64,000 bases of DNA from Pristiophorus japonicus (lineage: Eukaryota). The stretch is from positions 25,606,001-25,670,000 of the forward strand of contig NC_091979.1 of NCBI RefSeq assembly GCF_044704955.1, read 5' to 3'. The notes beneath the pieces were generated by a model, which had not been told where the DNA came from, did not search any database, and saw only the letters and a list, made by a program, of their open reading frames with translations. Below are positions 13,422-27,217 of the stretch, in pieces (the first letter of the stretch is position 1; each line of letters starts with the position of its first letter). A program made the translations under genes and the position numbers.

Positions 13422-14638
13422 ACATAAGAACATAAGAAATAGGAGCAGGAGTAGGCCATACGGCCCCTCGAGCCTGCTCCGCCATGCAAAAAGATAACGG
13501 CTGATCTGATCATGGACTCAGCTCCACTTCTAAGCCTGATCCCCATAACCCCTTATCGGTTAAGGAACTGTCTATTTCTGTCTTAAATTTATTCAATGTA
13601 CCAGCTTCCACAGATCTCTGAGGCAGCGAATTCCACAGATTTACAATCCTCAGAGAGAAGAAATTTCTCCTCATCTCAATTTTAAATGGGCGGCCCCTTA
13701 TTCCAAGATCATGTCCCCTAGTTCTAGTCTCCCCCATCAGTGGAAACATCCTCTCTGCATCCACCTTGTCAAGCCCCCTCATAATCTTATACATATCGAT
13801 AAGATCACCGCTCATTCTTCTGAATTCCAATGAGTAGAGGCCCAATCTATTCAACCTTTCCTCAAGTCAAACCCCTCATCCCCAGAATCAATCTAGTGAA
13901 CCATCTCTGAACTGCCTCCAAAGCAAGTATATCCTTTTGTAAATATGGAAACCAAAACTGCACGCAGTATTCCAGGTGTGGCCTCACCAATACCCTGTAT
14001 AACTGTAGCAAGACTTCCCTGCTTTTATACTCCAACCCCTTTGCAATAAAGCCCAAGATACCATTGGCCTTCCTGATCACTTGCTGTACCTGCATCCTTT
14101 TGTGTTTCATGCACAAGTATCCCCAGGTCCCGCTGTACTGCGGCACTTTGCAATCTTTCTCCATTTAAATAATAACTTGCTCTGATTTTTTTTCTGCCAA
14201 AGTGCATGACCTCACACTTTCCAACATTATACTCCATCTGCCAAATTTTTGCCCACTCACTTAGCCTCTATATGTCCTTTTGTAGATTTTTTGTGTCCTC
14301 ACACATTGCTTTTCCTCCCATCTTTGTATCGTCAGCAAACTTGGCTATGTTACACTCAGTCCCTCCTTCCAAGTCATTAATATAGATTGTAAATAGTTGG
14401 GGTCCCAGCACTGATCCCTGCAGCATCCCACTTGTTACTGGTTGCCAATGGAATGAACCATTTATCCCGACTCTGTTAGTTAGCCAATCCTCTATCCATG
14501 CTAATATATTACCCCCAAACCCGTGAAGTAACCTTTTATATGACACCTTGTCAAATGCGTTCTGGAAGTCCAAATACACCACACCCACCGGTTCCCCTTC
14601 ATCCACCCTGTTCGTTCATCCTCAAAGAACTCCAGCAA
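13422..14638 (-). mobile_element. 5'-truncated CR1 (TTCTTATG-tail subfamily)
   Basis: Frameshifted RT fragments (LDFQNAFDKV, KFADD, RPHLEYCVQFW) and 3' tail. Confidence 0.9.
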
Positions 14639-14639
14639 A

Positions 14640-15255
14640 AGCATGCAAGTTATGATGAACCTGTATAAAACACTGGTTCGGCCTCAACTGGAGTATTGTG
14701 TCCAATTCTGGGCACTGCACTTTAGGAAGGATGTGAAGACCTTAGAAAGGGTGCAGAAAAGATTTACGAGAATGGTTCCAGGGATGAGGGACTTCCCTGG
14801 AACCATTCAATTACGTGGATAGACTGGAGAAGCTGGGCTTGTTCTCCTTGAAGCAGAGAAGATTGAGAGGAGATTTGATAGAGGTGTTCAAAATCATGAG
14901 GCGTCTAGTTAGAGTAGGTAGAGAGAAACTGTTCCCATTGGTAGAAGGGTTGGGAAACAGAGGACACAGATTTAAGGTGATTGGCAGAAGAACCAAAAGC
15001 GACATGAGAAACTTTTTTACGCAGCGAGTGGTTAGGATCTGGAATACGTTATCTGAGAGGGAGGTGGAGGAAGAGTCAATCATGGCTTTCAAAAGGGAGT
15101 TGGATAAGTATCTGAAGGAAAACATTTTGTAGGGCTACGGGGATAGTGGGGGGTGGGGGGGGGGGAGTGGGAATAGCTGAAGTGCTTTTGCAGAGAGCCG
15201 GCACGGGCTTGACGGGCTGAATGACCTCCTTCTGTGCTGTAACCGTTCTATGATT
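14640..15255 (+). mobile_element. CR1 3' fragment
   Basis: [20 protein letters not shown]...FFTQRVVRIWN and a TTCTATGA tail. Confidence 0.88.
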
Positions 15256-18042
15256 CTCAGCCTCTGGAGTGGGACTTCAACCTGCGGACTCGGGGCGAGA
15301 GTGCTCCTAACACAGCACAGCAAGAGGTAATTTGTCCCCTTGTGACTGTGTCTGTCAGTACGTTGCTAGAGAAATCCAAAACTAATCCCACTGCCCTGCT
15401 CTCTCCCCATAGCCCTGCAGCTTCCTTTGCTTAAATATTTGTACGGTTTTCCCTTAAAAGGCGCAGTGGTCTCTGCTTCAACCTCTGCCTGTGGCAAAGC
15501 AACAACCCTCTGCGTAAAGCGACTTCTAACCCCTCCTCGCTCTCGGTGGCCATGTTAAATCGTCACCGACTCCCCCAAGCAGAGGAAACAGACATGTACC
15601 CCACCCTCTCCCCATTCACTCTATCAAAACTCTGTGTCATTTTAAAAACAGCTTTAAAATCTTCTCTCTGGCCTACTCCTGTTCCTATAAAGACAATCAG
15701 ACCCTTGATCTTGTTCAATTAGATCATGTCTGATCTGTATCTCAACTCCATCTACCCACTGTGGTTCCGAAACCCTTCATAACCTTGCCTAACAAAAATC
15801 TTATCAATCTCAGTTTTGTTATTTTCAATTGACCCCCAGACTCATCAGGTTTTTGGGGGAGAGAGTTCCAGATTCCCACTACGCTGTGTAAAGAAGTGCT
15901 TCCTGACGTCACCCCTGAACGGCCCAGCTCTAATTTTAAGGTGATGCCCCCTTGTTCTGGACTCCCCCCACCAGAGGAAATAGTTACCATAGAAATTTAC
16001 AGCTCAGAAGGAGGCCATTCCGGCCCATCGTGTCCGCACCGGCCGACAAAGAGCCGGTCAGCAGCCCTGAAGGTTACATATAAACCTATGAACAATGGCG
16101 GAAAGGCAAAGAGCATCCAGCCCAACCAGTCCACCCCACACAACTGCGACACCCCTTATACTGAAACATTCTACACTCCACCCCAGCCGGAGCCATGTGA
16201 TCTCTTGGGAGAGGCAAAAACCAGATTTAAAAACCCAGGCCAATTTAGGGAGAAAAAAATCTGGGTAAATTCCTCACCGACCCATCCAGCTGCTCGAAAC
16301 TAGTCCAGATCACCCTGGCCGTATTCTATTCCCTGCAGTACTTACCATTATATCTGCGACAGCCAACAAAAGGTCATCCAGTCTAATCCCAATTACCAGC
16401 TCCAGGTCTGTAACCCTGCACTTCAAGTGCCCATCCAACCATCTCTTAAAAGTGGTGAGGGTTTCTGCATCCACCATTCTTCCAGGCAGCGAGTTCCAGA
16501 TCCCCCACAACCCTCTGCGTCAAGAAGCCCCCCCCTCAAATCCCCTCTAAACCTTCCACAACCACCTTAAAACTATGCCCCCTCGTAATGGACCCCTCCA
16601 CCAATGGAAATAGGCCCTTACTATCCACTATGTCCAGGCCCCTATCATCTCCTTTAAACATTAGATCACCACCTTCTGTGCTCTAGTGGAAATGGCCCCG
16701 ATATCTTCAATCTCTCTCCATCTGGTGAGGGACTGGACAGAGTGCAGTGCCGACAGAATCGTATTCCAGCAAGGATATTGTGCCTTCGGGAGGAGAATAA
16801 AATGAGCAAATTCCTCAATTCCATCCATCTTGGAAACTGTTGCTTTGATGCTGGGAATTTGTGAGCTAAACTAAATACAGCCTAATCCTTCTGGAATATG
16901 TTACCGGCTGGTGTGGTCGGTGCTGACTCTGCAGCCTTTACGCGAGAGCTGGAGCGGTTCTTGACTGGGGCAGAGATCGGGTCATATAGAAGGTCTTTAT
17001 AGAGAACACTGGGTCTGTGAGATCCCCTGGACTGGTTTCCATAGCCTGAAAGGGTCGGAGAGGAATATTCCAATATTCCTGTGTATTTTTTTTCCCTTAT
17101 TGTCCCTGGCTTTTTCGCCTCTCCCGGGAAGTACAAGTAAGAAAGAAAGACTTGTATTTACATAGTGCCTTTCACGACCATTGGACGTCTCGAAGCGCTT
17201 TAGAGCCAATGAAGTACTTTTGGGGTGTAGTCACTGTTGTAATGTGGGAAACACGGCAGCCAATTTGCTCACAGCAAGCTCCCACAAACAGCAATGTGAT
17301 CATGACAAGATAAGGGGTAAGCCATTTGGGACCGAGATAAGGAAAAATTTCTTTACTCAGAGAATTGTGAACCTGTGGACTTCTCTACCGCAGAAAGTTG
17401 TTGAGGCCAGTTCGTTAGATATATTCAACAGGGAGTTAGATGTGGCCCTTACGGCTAAAGGGATCAAGGGTATGGAGAGAAAGCAGGAATGGGGTACTGA
17501 AGTTGCATGATCAGCCATGATCATATTGAATGATGGTGCAAGCTCGAATGGCCTACTCCTGCACTTACTTTCTATGTTTCTATAATCTTTTTGTTATATT
17601 GATTGGGGATAAATACTGGCCCAGGACAGCGGGGATAACTCCCCTGCTCTTCTTCGAAATAACACCATGGAATCTTTTACGTCCACCTGAGCGAGCAGAC
17701 GGTTTGACGTTTCATCCGAAAGACGGCACCTCCGACAGTGCAGTGCTCCCTAGATTTTTGTGCTCGAGTCCCTCGAGTGGGGACTTGAACCCACAACCTT
17801 CTGACTCAAGAGGCGAGTGTACTACCCACTGAGCCACGGCTGACACAAGGGAGAGGTGAACAGTGTTTAGTCACGATGCTGTGGCCACCATGGTGTGGAG
17901 CAGGCTCGATCGATCAGCTGGTCTTTTCCTGCCTGTCAATTTTGTATGTAATTCACCTGAAACAGAAAAATGTTCACCAGCTCAGGATCTTCCCCCCCCC
18001 CCCCCACCCCTGCAATTTCCACCACCCTCTCTTTCTCCAAAT

Positions 18043-18510
18043 CATCATCATAGGCAGTCCCTCGCAATCGAGGAAGACTTGCTTCCACTCTAAAAGTGAG
18101 TTCTGAAGAGTCCAATCCAGGAATTACAGTCTCTGTCACAGGTGGGACAGACAGTCGTTGAAGGAAAGGGTGGGTGGGGAGTCTAGTTTGCCGCACGCTC
18201 CTTCCGCTGCCTGCGCTTGTTTTCTGCATGCTCTCGGCGACGAGACTCGAGGTGCTCAGCACCCTCCTGGATGCACTTCCTCCACTTAGGGTGGTCTTTG
18301 GCCAGGGACCCCCAGGTGTCGGTGGGGATGTTGCATTTTATCAAGGAAGCTTTCAGGGTGTCCTCTGCCCATCTTTGGCCGTGCAGGAGTTGCAAGTCGA
18401 GCATTTGCTGTGGGAGTCTTGTGTCAGGCATGTGAACAATGCGGCCCGCCCAGTGGAGCTGGTCGAGTGTGGTCAGTGCTTCGATGCTGGGGATGTTGGC
18501 CTGATTGAGG
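18043..18510 (-). mobile_element. RTE-clade LINE 3' fragment
   Basis: QLHWAGRIVHMPDTRLP and (ATG)n tail. Confidence 0.87.
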
Positions 18511-19261
18511 GCGCTAAATGCCCCTTTGATAAACAGGAGCACCTCTTGACCTAGACTTCCATCCTTCACATGAGCCCAGCCAGCGAGTGTTAGGAGCTAT
18601 TTGACTTGGGGAGGAGCGACGTCACACAGCCGAGTCTGAGCCTGACGCCCACAGGTGCATTTTTCCTGTATGGGGAAGGGCCCAAGCCGGTTTTGCCCTT
18701 TTTTTTTTTAACCTTCACTGTTTCCAATGGCTGAAGGGTTGCTGACTCCAGAGGACACAGATTAAGGTAGTTGGCAAAAGAACCAGGGGTGACCTGAGGA
18801 AAATCTTAGCGAGTGGTTAGGGTTTGGAAGGCACCGCCTGATAGGGTGGTGGATGCAGATTCAATAGTAGCCTTCAAAAAGGAATTGGTAAGTACTTGAA
18901 GGAGACAAAAATTGCAGGGATATGGAGAAAGAGCCGGGGGATTGGGACTAACTGGATTGCTCTTCGACAGAGCCAGCGCAGACTCGATGGGCCGAATGGC
19001 CTCCTTCTGTGCTGTAATATTCTATGATTCTATGTCTATTCATCCTCAAGATTGGAGAGCCTAGTTACATCAGGCAGTGAGGTCGGCTAACATAATATAA
19101 ATGGGCCAGCCGTTGAACTTGGGTTCTTCCCAATCGGCAAGGCTTCGTATCGCACCAGGCAGTCAGTGCCTATCGCCCTCTGAGCCATTTATTGTCCAGA
19201 AGGGTCGCAGTCCGATGGGGTCCTTGATCACTGTGAAATGACGCCTGCGTTTCCGTTCCAG

Positions 19262-19356
19262 ATGATTTCAAGCCAGCATCCATCGACACGGCATGCGAAG
19301 GGGATCTCGAAGTGGGGAAAGGGGAACAAATTACAATCACATTGCCGAACATAGAG
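19262..19356 (+). CDS. EAF2: EAF2 exon 2
   Basis: Acceptor ttccag; (Y)[31 protein letters not shown]; donor GTAAGT; 95 nt. [10 protein letters not shown] fits EAF2 rather than EAF1 (DEVTITLPHIP). Confidence 0.95.
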
Positions 19357-20729
19357 GTAAGTGCATAAAACGCATAGTGCAGCAGTCACCTGCCGAATGC
19401 AGGTATGTGTTGCCTGTTGAGAAATGGGGCACGCATCCCCAGTTGTGGCCTGGAACGATCCAGGTGCATAGAATGAAAGGGCAGCTGTAACCTTCACTTC
19501 AACTGACCACTCTTCTAGGTTGCATGTCTGCTTTTACTAACTCACAGGTCTCGGTTACAAATTATTTGCGGAAACTCAGCATTCTGGCACAGTCTGTATC
19601 ACTCGGGTGCACGTATGGACGCCTGTCTCAATATACCCGACGTGGGTACGGCCTCCTGCCCATCACCCTACGTGCTGTGAGGTTTCTCATGCGATGGCGT
19701 CGAATCAATTGTCTCTTCTGCAGAAGGCTTGCATGCGGTATGGCATTGTCAGTGTTGCCCCTATGAATAAATTGTACCTTTGCAAGAAGCTCAAAACAAC
19801 AGGCAGGACCAGCTTCTTTGTTGTGTCTCTCCCCAAGGTTGACGCCCAAGTATGGATCACACCCAGGTCTGAGCTTGCACAATAGGCTTGCTTAGATTGG
19901 GAAACACCCCCCCCCCCCCCCCCCCAGGCTTCATTTGATGCATAGTGTAAGGGTGCTCATCCCTTCAGTTCGGCTTCTTATGAACTGATCCCGACATTGG
20001 CATCTCACTTATTCATCTGCTGGCAGGGCGTATTAAATGTGAGTTATTAGGGCGGGGGACAGGGACAGTCACAGTCACAGGAGGTAGCTCACTCTCTTAG
20101 TGTTGGAGCTCACGTTCACATCCATCCCAGTCTAATGAGAGAATCCCTGGTTAGACCACACCTGGAGTACAGTGAGCAGTTCTGGGCACCACATCTTGGG
20201 AAGGATATATTGGCCTTGGAGGGAGTGCAGGGTAGGGTTACCAGAATGATACTGGGGCTCTAAGGGTTAAATTACAAGGAGAGATTACACAAATTAGGGT
20301 TATATTCCCTAGAATTTAGAAGATTAAGGGGCGATTTGATCAAATTATTCAAGATATTAAAGGGAACAGATAGGGTCGATTAGTGAGAAATTATTTCTGC
20401 TGGTTGGGGAGTCGAGCACTAGGGGGCATAGCCTCAAAATTGGAGCCAAAGCTTTCAGGAGTGAAGTTAGGAAACACTTCTACACGCAAAGGTTGGTCGA
20501 AGTTTGGAACTTGTTTCCGCAAACGGCAGTTAATGGGTCAGTTGTTAATTTAAATCTGAGATTGATAGATTTTTGTTAACCAAAGGCATTAAGGGATATG
20601 GGGCAAAGGATTTAGATCATGGAGCAGCTATGATCTCATTGAATGGCAGAACAGGCTCGAGGGGCTAAATGGCCTACTCCTGTACCTATAATGGTCTCCT
20701 CTTTCTGATGGCTCCAGACTTCCACACGG

Positions 20730-20945
20730 TGTCATCCCAGGTGAAGACATTTTGAACAGTTCTCTGTGCCTTCAGACCAGACTGAAACACTCACATTTTA
20801 ATTTGATTTCAGTTTCTGGTAAAAAGTTAATTTAACCGACAAATTAACTTTTTTATTAGAAACTGAAATCAAATTAAAATTTGAGCGTTTCAGTCTGATC
20901 TGAAAGCACAGAGAACTGTCCAAAATGTCTTCACCTGGGATGACA
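20730..20945. repeat. Long inverted repeat (arms about 104 bp, 7-nt loop)
   Basis: 20730-20833 is the reverse complement of 20841-20945 with few mismatches; loop AACCGAC. Confidence 0.93.
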
Positions 20946-21984
20946 TCTTTTTAATCAAGGGGCAGTTGATTGTTCTACCCAAAATAGTTGTAGAGCTGTT
21001 GAGTGGGAGTGGCTTAGCCACTTGGGAGTTGAGCCTGTGGAGGAAGGAGCCACAAGTGCTGTCTGCCTGCCTGCAACCAGAGGGACAGTGAGACTCCGAG
21101 AGAGGAGACTTCAAATCTGAGCCCACTCGAGGGGCCATAGCAGTGGCTGGCATGGTGAATGGAAATATACCCTGTTATACGGTTAGAATTAAGGCACAAA
21201 AGGGGAAGATTTCCTCTGGTCACTTTTAACTAACGACCTGCTTTTAAATTAAAAATTCTCATCCTTGCTTTCAAATCCCTCCATGGCCTCGCCCCTCCCA
21301 TCTCTATAATCTCCTCTGGCCCTACAAGCCTCTAAGATCTCTGCACTCCTCCAATTCTGGCCTCTTGCACCGGCCCAATTTTAATCGTGCGACTATTGGC
21401 GGCCGTGCCTTCAGCTGCCTGGGCCCTAAGCTCTGGAATTTCGTCCCTAAATCTCTCTTCCCTCCTTTTAAGACGCTCCTTAAAACCTACCTCTTTGACC
21501 AAGCTTTCGGTCACCTGTTCTAATTGCTCCTTATGTGGCTCGGTGTCAGATTTTGTCTTATAACGCTCCTGTGAAGCATCTTGGCACTCTTTACTACCTT
21601 TTATATAATCGACAAGTTGTTGTAAACGGAGTGAACAGGTTCCCTCAGCTTGCTGTTTCTATTAGAATTGTAAATGTGTTCTTTGATGTGACCGTTTCAC
21701 TAGTGAGCCTATAGTTTCTTCCCGCTGCGCTTAGAAACGATCTGAGGAAATCTTCCTTCCCACCCTCCCCAACCCCCATTGTCGAGGCAGTGCAGAACGC
21801 TCGTGTCTAACGTGTGTTTCACTGGATAGGAATGTGTGGTCATGGAATGCCAAAACATTTTCATTCTCCAGCAGATTAACGGAAGCAAAATAAATGACTT
21901 CAAAAAAATTAAGTAGGATCAATATATTCAAAGTGCTCCATTTTAATTACGATGTCTCCACACACACATAGTATTGACATAGTC

Positions 21985-23645
21985 ATCATCATCATAGGCA
22001 GTCCCTCCAAACGAGGATGGCTTGCTTCCACGCCAAAAAAGGATGAGTTCACAGGTGTTTCAATGAAGGACCTAATATTCCAATCCTGAACTACATCGAG
22101 AAGGGTGGAAGATTCCACACGAGATTAATGTGCAAAGTTAAAGCACATGGGATTGGGGGTAGTGTCCTGACGTGGATTGAGAACTGGTTGTCAGACAGGA
22201 AGCAAAGAGTAGGAGTAAATGGGGACTTTTCAGAATGGCAGGCAGTGACTCGTGGGGTACCGCAAGGTTCTGTGCTGGGGCCCCAGTTGTTTACATTGTA
22301 CATTAATGATTTAGACGAGGGGATTAAATGTAGTATCTCCAAATTTGCGGATGACACTAAGTTGGGTGGCAGTGTGAGCTGCGAGGAGGATGCTATTAGG
22401 CTGCAGAGTGACTTGGATAGGTTAGGTGAGTGGGCAAATGCATGGCAGATGAAGTATAATGTGGATAAATGTGAGGTTATCCACTTTGGTGGTAAAAACA
22501 GAGAGACAGACTATTATCTGAATGGTGACATATTAGGAAAAGGGGAGGTGCAACGAGACCTGGGTGTCATGGTACATCAGTCATTGAAGGTTGGCATGCC
22601 GGTTAAGAAAGCAAATGGCATGTTGGCCTTCATAGCGAGGGGATTTGAGTATAGGGGCAGGGAGGTGTTGCTACAGTTATACAGGGCCTTGGTGAGGCCA
22701 CACCTGGAGTATTGTGTACAGTTTTGGTCTCCTAACTTGAGGAAGGACATTCTTGCTATTCACCAGACTGATTCCCGGGATGGTGGGACTGACCTATCAA
22801 GAAAGACTGGATCAACTGGGCTTGTATTCACTGGAGTTCAGAAGAATGAGAGGGGACCTCATAGAAACATTTAAAATTCTGACGGGTTTAGACAGGTTAG
22901 GTGCAGGAAGAATGTTCCCAATGTTGGGGAAGTTCAGAACCAGGGGTCACAGTCTAAGGATAAGGGGTAAGCCATTTAGGACCGAGATGAGGAGAAACTT
23001 CTTCACCCAGAGAGTAGTGAACCTGTGGAATTCTCTACCACAGAAAGTAGTTGAGGCCAATTCACAAAATATATTCAAAAGGGAGTTAGATGAAGTCCTT
23101 ACTACTAGGGGGATCAAGGGGTATGGCGAGAAAGCAGGAAGGTGGTACTGAAGTTGCATGTTCAGCCATGAACTCATTGAATGGCGGTGCAGGCTAGAAG
23201 GGCCGAATGGCCTACTCCTGCACCTATTTTCTATGTTTCTAAGATTCCTATGTGTGGATTTTTTTTAACATGTGGTGGGCATTGCACAACAGCCAGCAAA
23301 CGGGCTTGACACAGCTAGGTCTTGGTCCAATGGCGAGGGTTATCCAAGACTGGAGACTAGCTCTGCTGCACGGACCTAGTGCGCGCACACATCGCGGTGC
23401 AGGCTGGGCCCGTGCTGCCCCTGGGCCCCGATCACATCCCTCCACAGTCTCTCGCCGCTCCTGCTATATATGCCCACACTCCAATCACCGACCTGACCTT
23501 GATGACGTCACTCTTCGCTGCCGCCACCCTCCTGATCCAGCTCGCGCTGCTACCTGAAGTGGCAGGCTTCCATGCCGCTCCTAGGCCTCCGCTCCTTTTA
23601 TAGCCCCAACCTGCCGCTGGTGTTCTCGCGCAGGTTGGGGGCCTC
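21985..23645 (-). mobile_element. Non-autonomous RTE-tailed short retroelement interrupted by CR1
   Basis: Shares the 3' end GGAAGCAAG...GAGGGACTGCCT(ATG)n with RTE LINEs but has a different body. Related copies at about 51780-52090 and 54410-54835. Confidence 0.65.
22117..23240 (+). mobile_element. 5'-truncated CR1 of the young subfamily, with 8-bp TSD
   Basis: RT C-terminus nearly identical to 43800-44960. TSD AAGATTCC at 22109-22116 and 23241-23248; it splits an RTE-tailed short element. Confidence 0.92.
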
Positions 23646-23754
23646 CATTGTAAGCATGTTGTGAACTAGTCTAATTGTGTTTGTATTAAGTATATAACTG
23701 CACTTCAGAGGTAACTCTAGCCCTGCTCCCCACAAGCCTCCTCCCACCTTACTT

Positions 23755-25560
23755 TACATAGGATATACGGCACAAAAACAGGCCGCTCGGCCCAACCAGT
23801 CCATGCTCGAGTTTATATTCCACACAAGTCTCCTCCCGTCTTTCCTCATCTAAATCTATCAGCATAACCCTCTATTCCCTTCTCCCTCGTATGCTCTCTA
23901 GCCTTCCCGTAAATGCATCTATACTATTCGCTTCAACCACTCCCTGTGGCAGCAAGTTCCACATTCTCACCATTCTCTTTGGGTAAAGAGGTTTCTTCTG
24001 AATTCCCTATTGGATTTCTTCGTGACTATCTTATATTGATGGCCTCTAGTTATGCTCCTCCCCACAAGTGGAAACATTCTCCCTGTATCCACTCTATCAA
24101 AACCTTTCGTAATTTTAAAGACCTCTATTAGGTCACCCCTCAGCCGCCGCCTTTTTTCAAGAGAAAAGAGACCCAGCCTGTTCATCATTTCCTGAAATGT
24201 ACACCCTCACATTTCTGGTATCATGCTTGTAAATCTTCTCCGCACCCTCTCCAGTGCCTCTATATCCTTTTTATAATATGGCGACCAGAATTGTACGCAG
24301 AACTCCAAATGGTTTATCTGATCCTATGACCATGTCATTCTGTTCCATTCTCCCTCTTGTACTTATCCCCTTAAATGCATCTGAGCAATTCGCCTACCAC
24401 TCTTATCTAAGCATGTTCCAAAAGGTTTCACCTGGTGTCAAATTTTCTCTGATAATGCTCCTGTCAAGCACCTTGGGATGCTTTACTATGGTAAAGCCGC
24501 TATATAAATATAAGTTGTTGTTGCCTGAAACATCCACCTAACAGGCAGCAAAGGGTAATGGTCAATTAGTGTTTTCAGTGGTGTCTGCAGGGCCTCTGCT
24601 TTTCATGGTGTATATATCAATGATTTAGACTTGAAATGTAGGGGTCATGATTAAGCAGTTTGAAGAGGACATAAAAATTGGCCGTGTGGTTGATAGTATG
24701 TAAGAAAGCTGTCGACTGCAGGAAGGTATCAATGATCAGATGGGCAGAACAGTGCAAATGGAATTCAATCTTTAAAAATGTGAAGTAATGCATTTGGGGA
24801 GGGCTAACAAGGCAAGGGAATACACAATAAATGGTAGGATACTGAGCAGTGTAGAGGAACAAAGGGACCTAGGAGTTGCATGTCCACAGATCCCTGAAGG
24901 TAGCAGGACAGGTAGATAAGGCGGCTAAGAAGGCATACGGAATACTTGTCTTTATTAGCCGAGGCATAGAATACAAGAGCAGGGAGGTAATGCGTGAACT
25001 GTGTAAAACACTAGTTATGGCACAGCTAGAGTACTGCATGAAGTTCTGATCACCACATTACAGGAAAGACGTGATTGCACTAGAGAGGGTGCAGAGGAGA
25101 TTTATGAAGATGTTGCCAGGAGTGGAGAATTTTAGCTGTGAGGAAAGATTGGATAAGTTGGTGGTGTTGTCTTGGGAACAGAGGAGGCTGAGGGGAAATT
25201 GAAGTGTATAAAATTATGAGGGGCCGAGATAGAGTGGATAGGAATGACTAATTTCCCTTAGCAGAGGGGTCAATAACCAGGGGATATAAATTTAAAGTAA
25301 TTGGTAGAAGGATTAGAGGGGAGCTGAGGAGAACTTTCTTCACCCAGAGGGTGGTGGGGGTCTGGAACTCACTGCCTGAAAGGGTGGGAGAGGCAGAAAC
25401 CCTCATCGCATTTCAAAAGTACTTGGATGTGCACTTGAAGTGCTGTAACTTACAGGGCTACGGACCAAGAGCTGGAAAGTGGGATTAGGCTGGATAGCTC
25501 TCTGTCAGCCGGCACGGACAGAATGGCCTCCTTCTGTGCCATAAATCTCTACGATTCTGT
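23755..25560. mobile_element. Two older CR1 3' fragments (23755-24310 on -, 24550-25560 on +)
   Basis: [21 protein letters not shown] on -, and a decayed RT C-terminus with tail on +. Confidence 0.8.
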
Positions 25561-26169
25561 GCTATTGTCCCCATTTACAGGGCCCCCTACTTGTGCCATT
25601 TGCCCTTGGCATGAACTTGCCAGCAGCTTTGCTTTATGGACTGTACGAATTTAATTTTAAGGCTGGAACTCCACTGTGGTCATTGTTGCTCTAGTTGTCT
25701 GTCCTCTGCTGAGCCACGGGTACGAGTCTCCACGTCCTCTTTGTGCGGAAATGAACATTCATTGCACTCGTTCATTCCCAGATCCACAGAATTCTTTTCC
25801 ACCCTCGCTCTTCCCTTCCTCCAACAACCTACAGGCTTTTGAAACCCAATCTGGGTTTGCCCAACTACTTGTCAGCTCCCCTTTTCTTTTCTGCCTTTTT
25901 CAGTTTTCATGTTCTGCTCTACCAGCCTTGGCCCCTTTGCCTTGTTTAGGATGAGAATAGGCGAGATTCCTTCCGTGATGGAGATACAGCGCCGAGGTTC
26001 AGGGAGGGAATTGCAGAGCTTGGGGCCTTGGCATCTGAAGGCACGGCGGCCGATGGCCGCACGATTAAAATCGGGGCTGCAAGAGGCCGGAATTGGAGCG
26101 GTGCCGAGATCTTGGAGACTTTTCAGATGAGACGTTAAACCGAGGCCCCGTCTGCTCTCTCAGTGGACA

Positions 26170-26703
26170 GCACTCTTTCGCCTCTGAGTCAGAAGGTTGT
26201 GGGTTCAAATCCCATTCCAGGGACTTGAGCACATAAACCTAGGCCGACACTCCAGTGCAGTGCTGAGGGAGCGCAGCCATGTCGGAGGGGCGGTACTGAG
26301 GGAGCGCCGCACTGTCTGAGGGGCAGTTCTGAGGGGTAGTACTGAGGGAGTGCCGCACTGTCGGAGATACCACCTTTCGGATGAGACCTTTAACCGAGAC
26401 CCCGTCTGCTCTCTCAGGTGGAAGTAAAAGATCCCATGGCACTATTTCGAAGAAGAGCAGAAGTGTTATCCCCAGTGTCCTGGGGCCAATATTTATCCCT
26501 CAATCAACATAACAAAAAAGACAGATTATCCGGTCATTATCACATTGCTGTCTGTGGGAGCTTGCTGTGTGCAAATGGGCTGTTGCATTTCCCACATTGC
26601 ATCAGTGACTACACTCCAAAAGTATTTCATTGACTGTTAAGCGCTTTGAGACATCCGGTAGTCGTGAAAGGCACTATATAAATGTAAGTATTTTCTTTCT
26701 TTC
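26170..26703 (+). mobile_element. Deu-domain tRNA-SINE with internal tandem triplication
   Basis: The unit GTACTGAGGGAGCGCCGCACTGTCGGAGGG is repeated about 3 times at 26255-26370. Confidence 0.8.
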
Positions 26704-27080
26704 CCAACCTTGGTCTTTTGCCTCATTCGTCATATTTATAACTGTGTGTGTCAACCAGTCACCAAGTGTTTCGATTCACTTCACAATAGCCTGCATATCA
26801 TAGAGCACAGAAGGAGGCCATTTGGTCAATCATGCCTGTGCCGGCTCTTTCAAAGCGCTATCCAATGAGTCCCACTCCCCTGCTCTTCCCCCGTAGTCCT
26901 GCGACTTTTCCTATTCAAGTATTTATCCAATTCCCTTTTGAAAGTTACTACTGAATCTGCTTCCACCGCCCTTTTCAGCCAGCGCATTCCCGATCACAAC
27001 ACCACATTCTTAAAGACTGGTCCCAGGGGCACAGATTTTACTTTCTTTCCAAACTGAAATGTACGACTTTACTTAAACAG

Positions 27081-27217
27081 GGTTCAACGCCACCCATGTC
27101 GGTGTTTAAAGGCTCAAAGAGACCTTACCTGAAGGAGTGCATTCTCATCGTAAATCACGACACCGGGGAGTATCGACTGGAGAAACTCAGCAGCAACATC
27201 ACGGTGAAGAAAACCAG
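27081..27217 (+). CDS. EAF2: EAF2 exon 3
   Basis: Acceptor aaacag; [45 protein letters not shown](R); donor GTGGGT; 137 nt. Confidence 0.96.
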
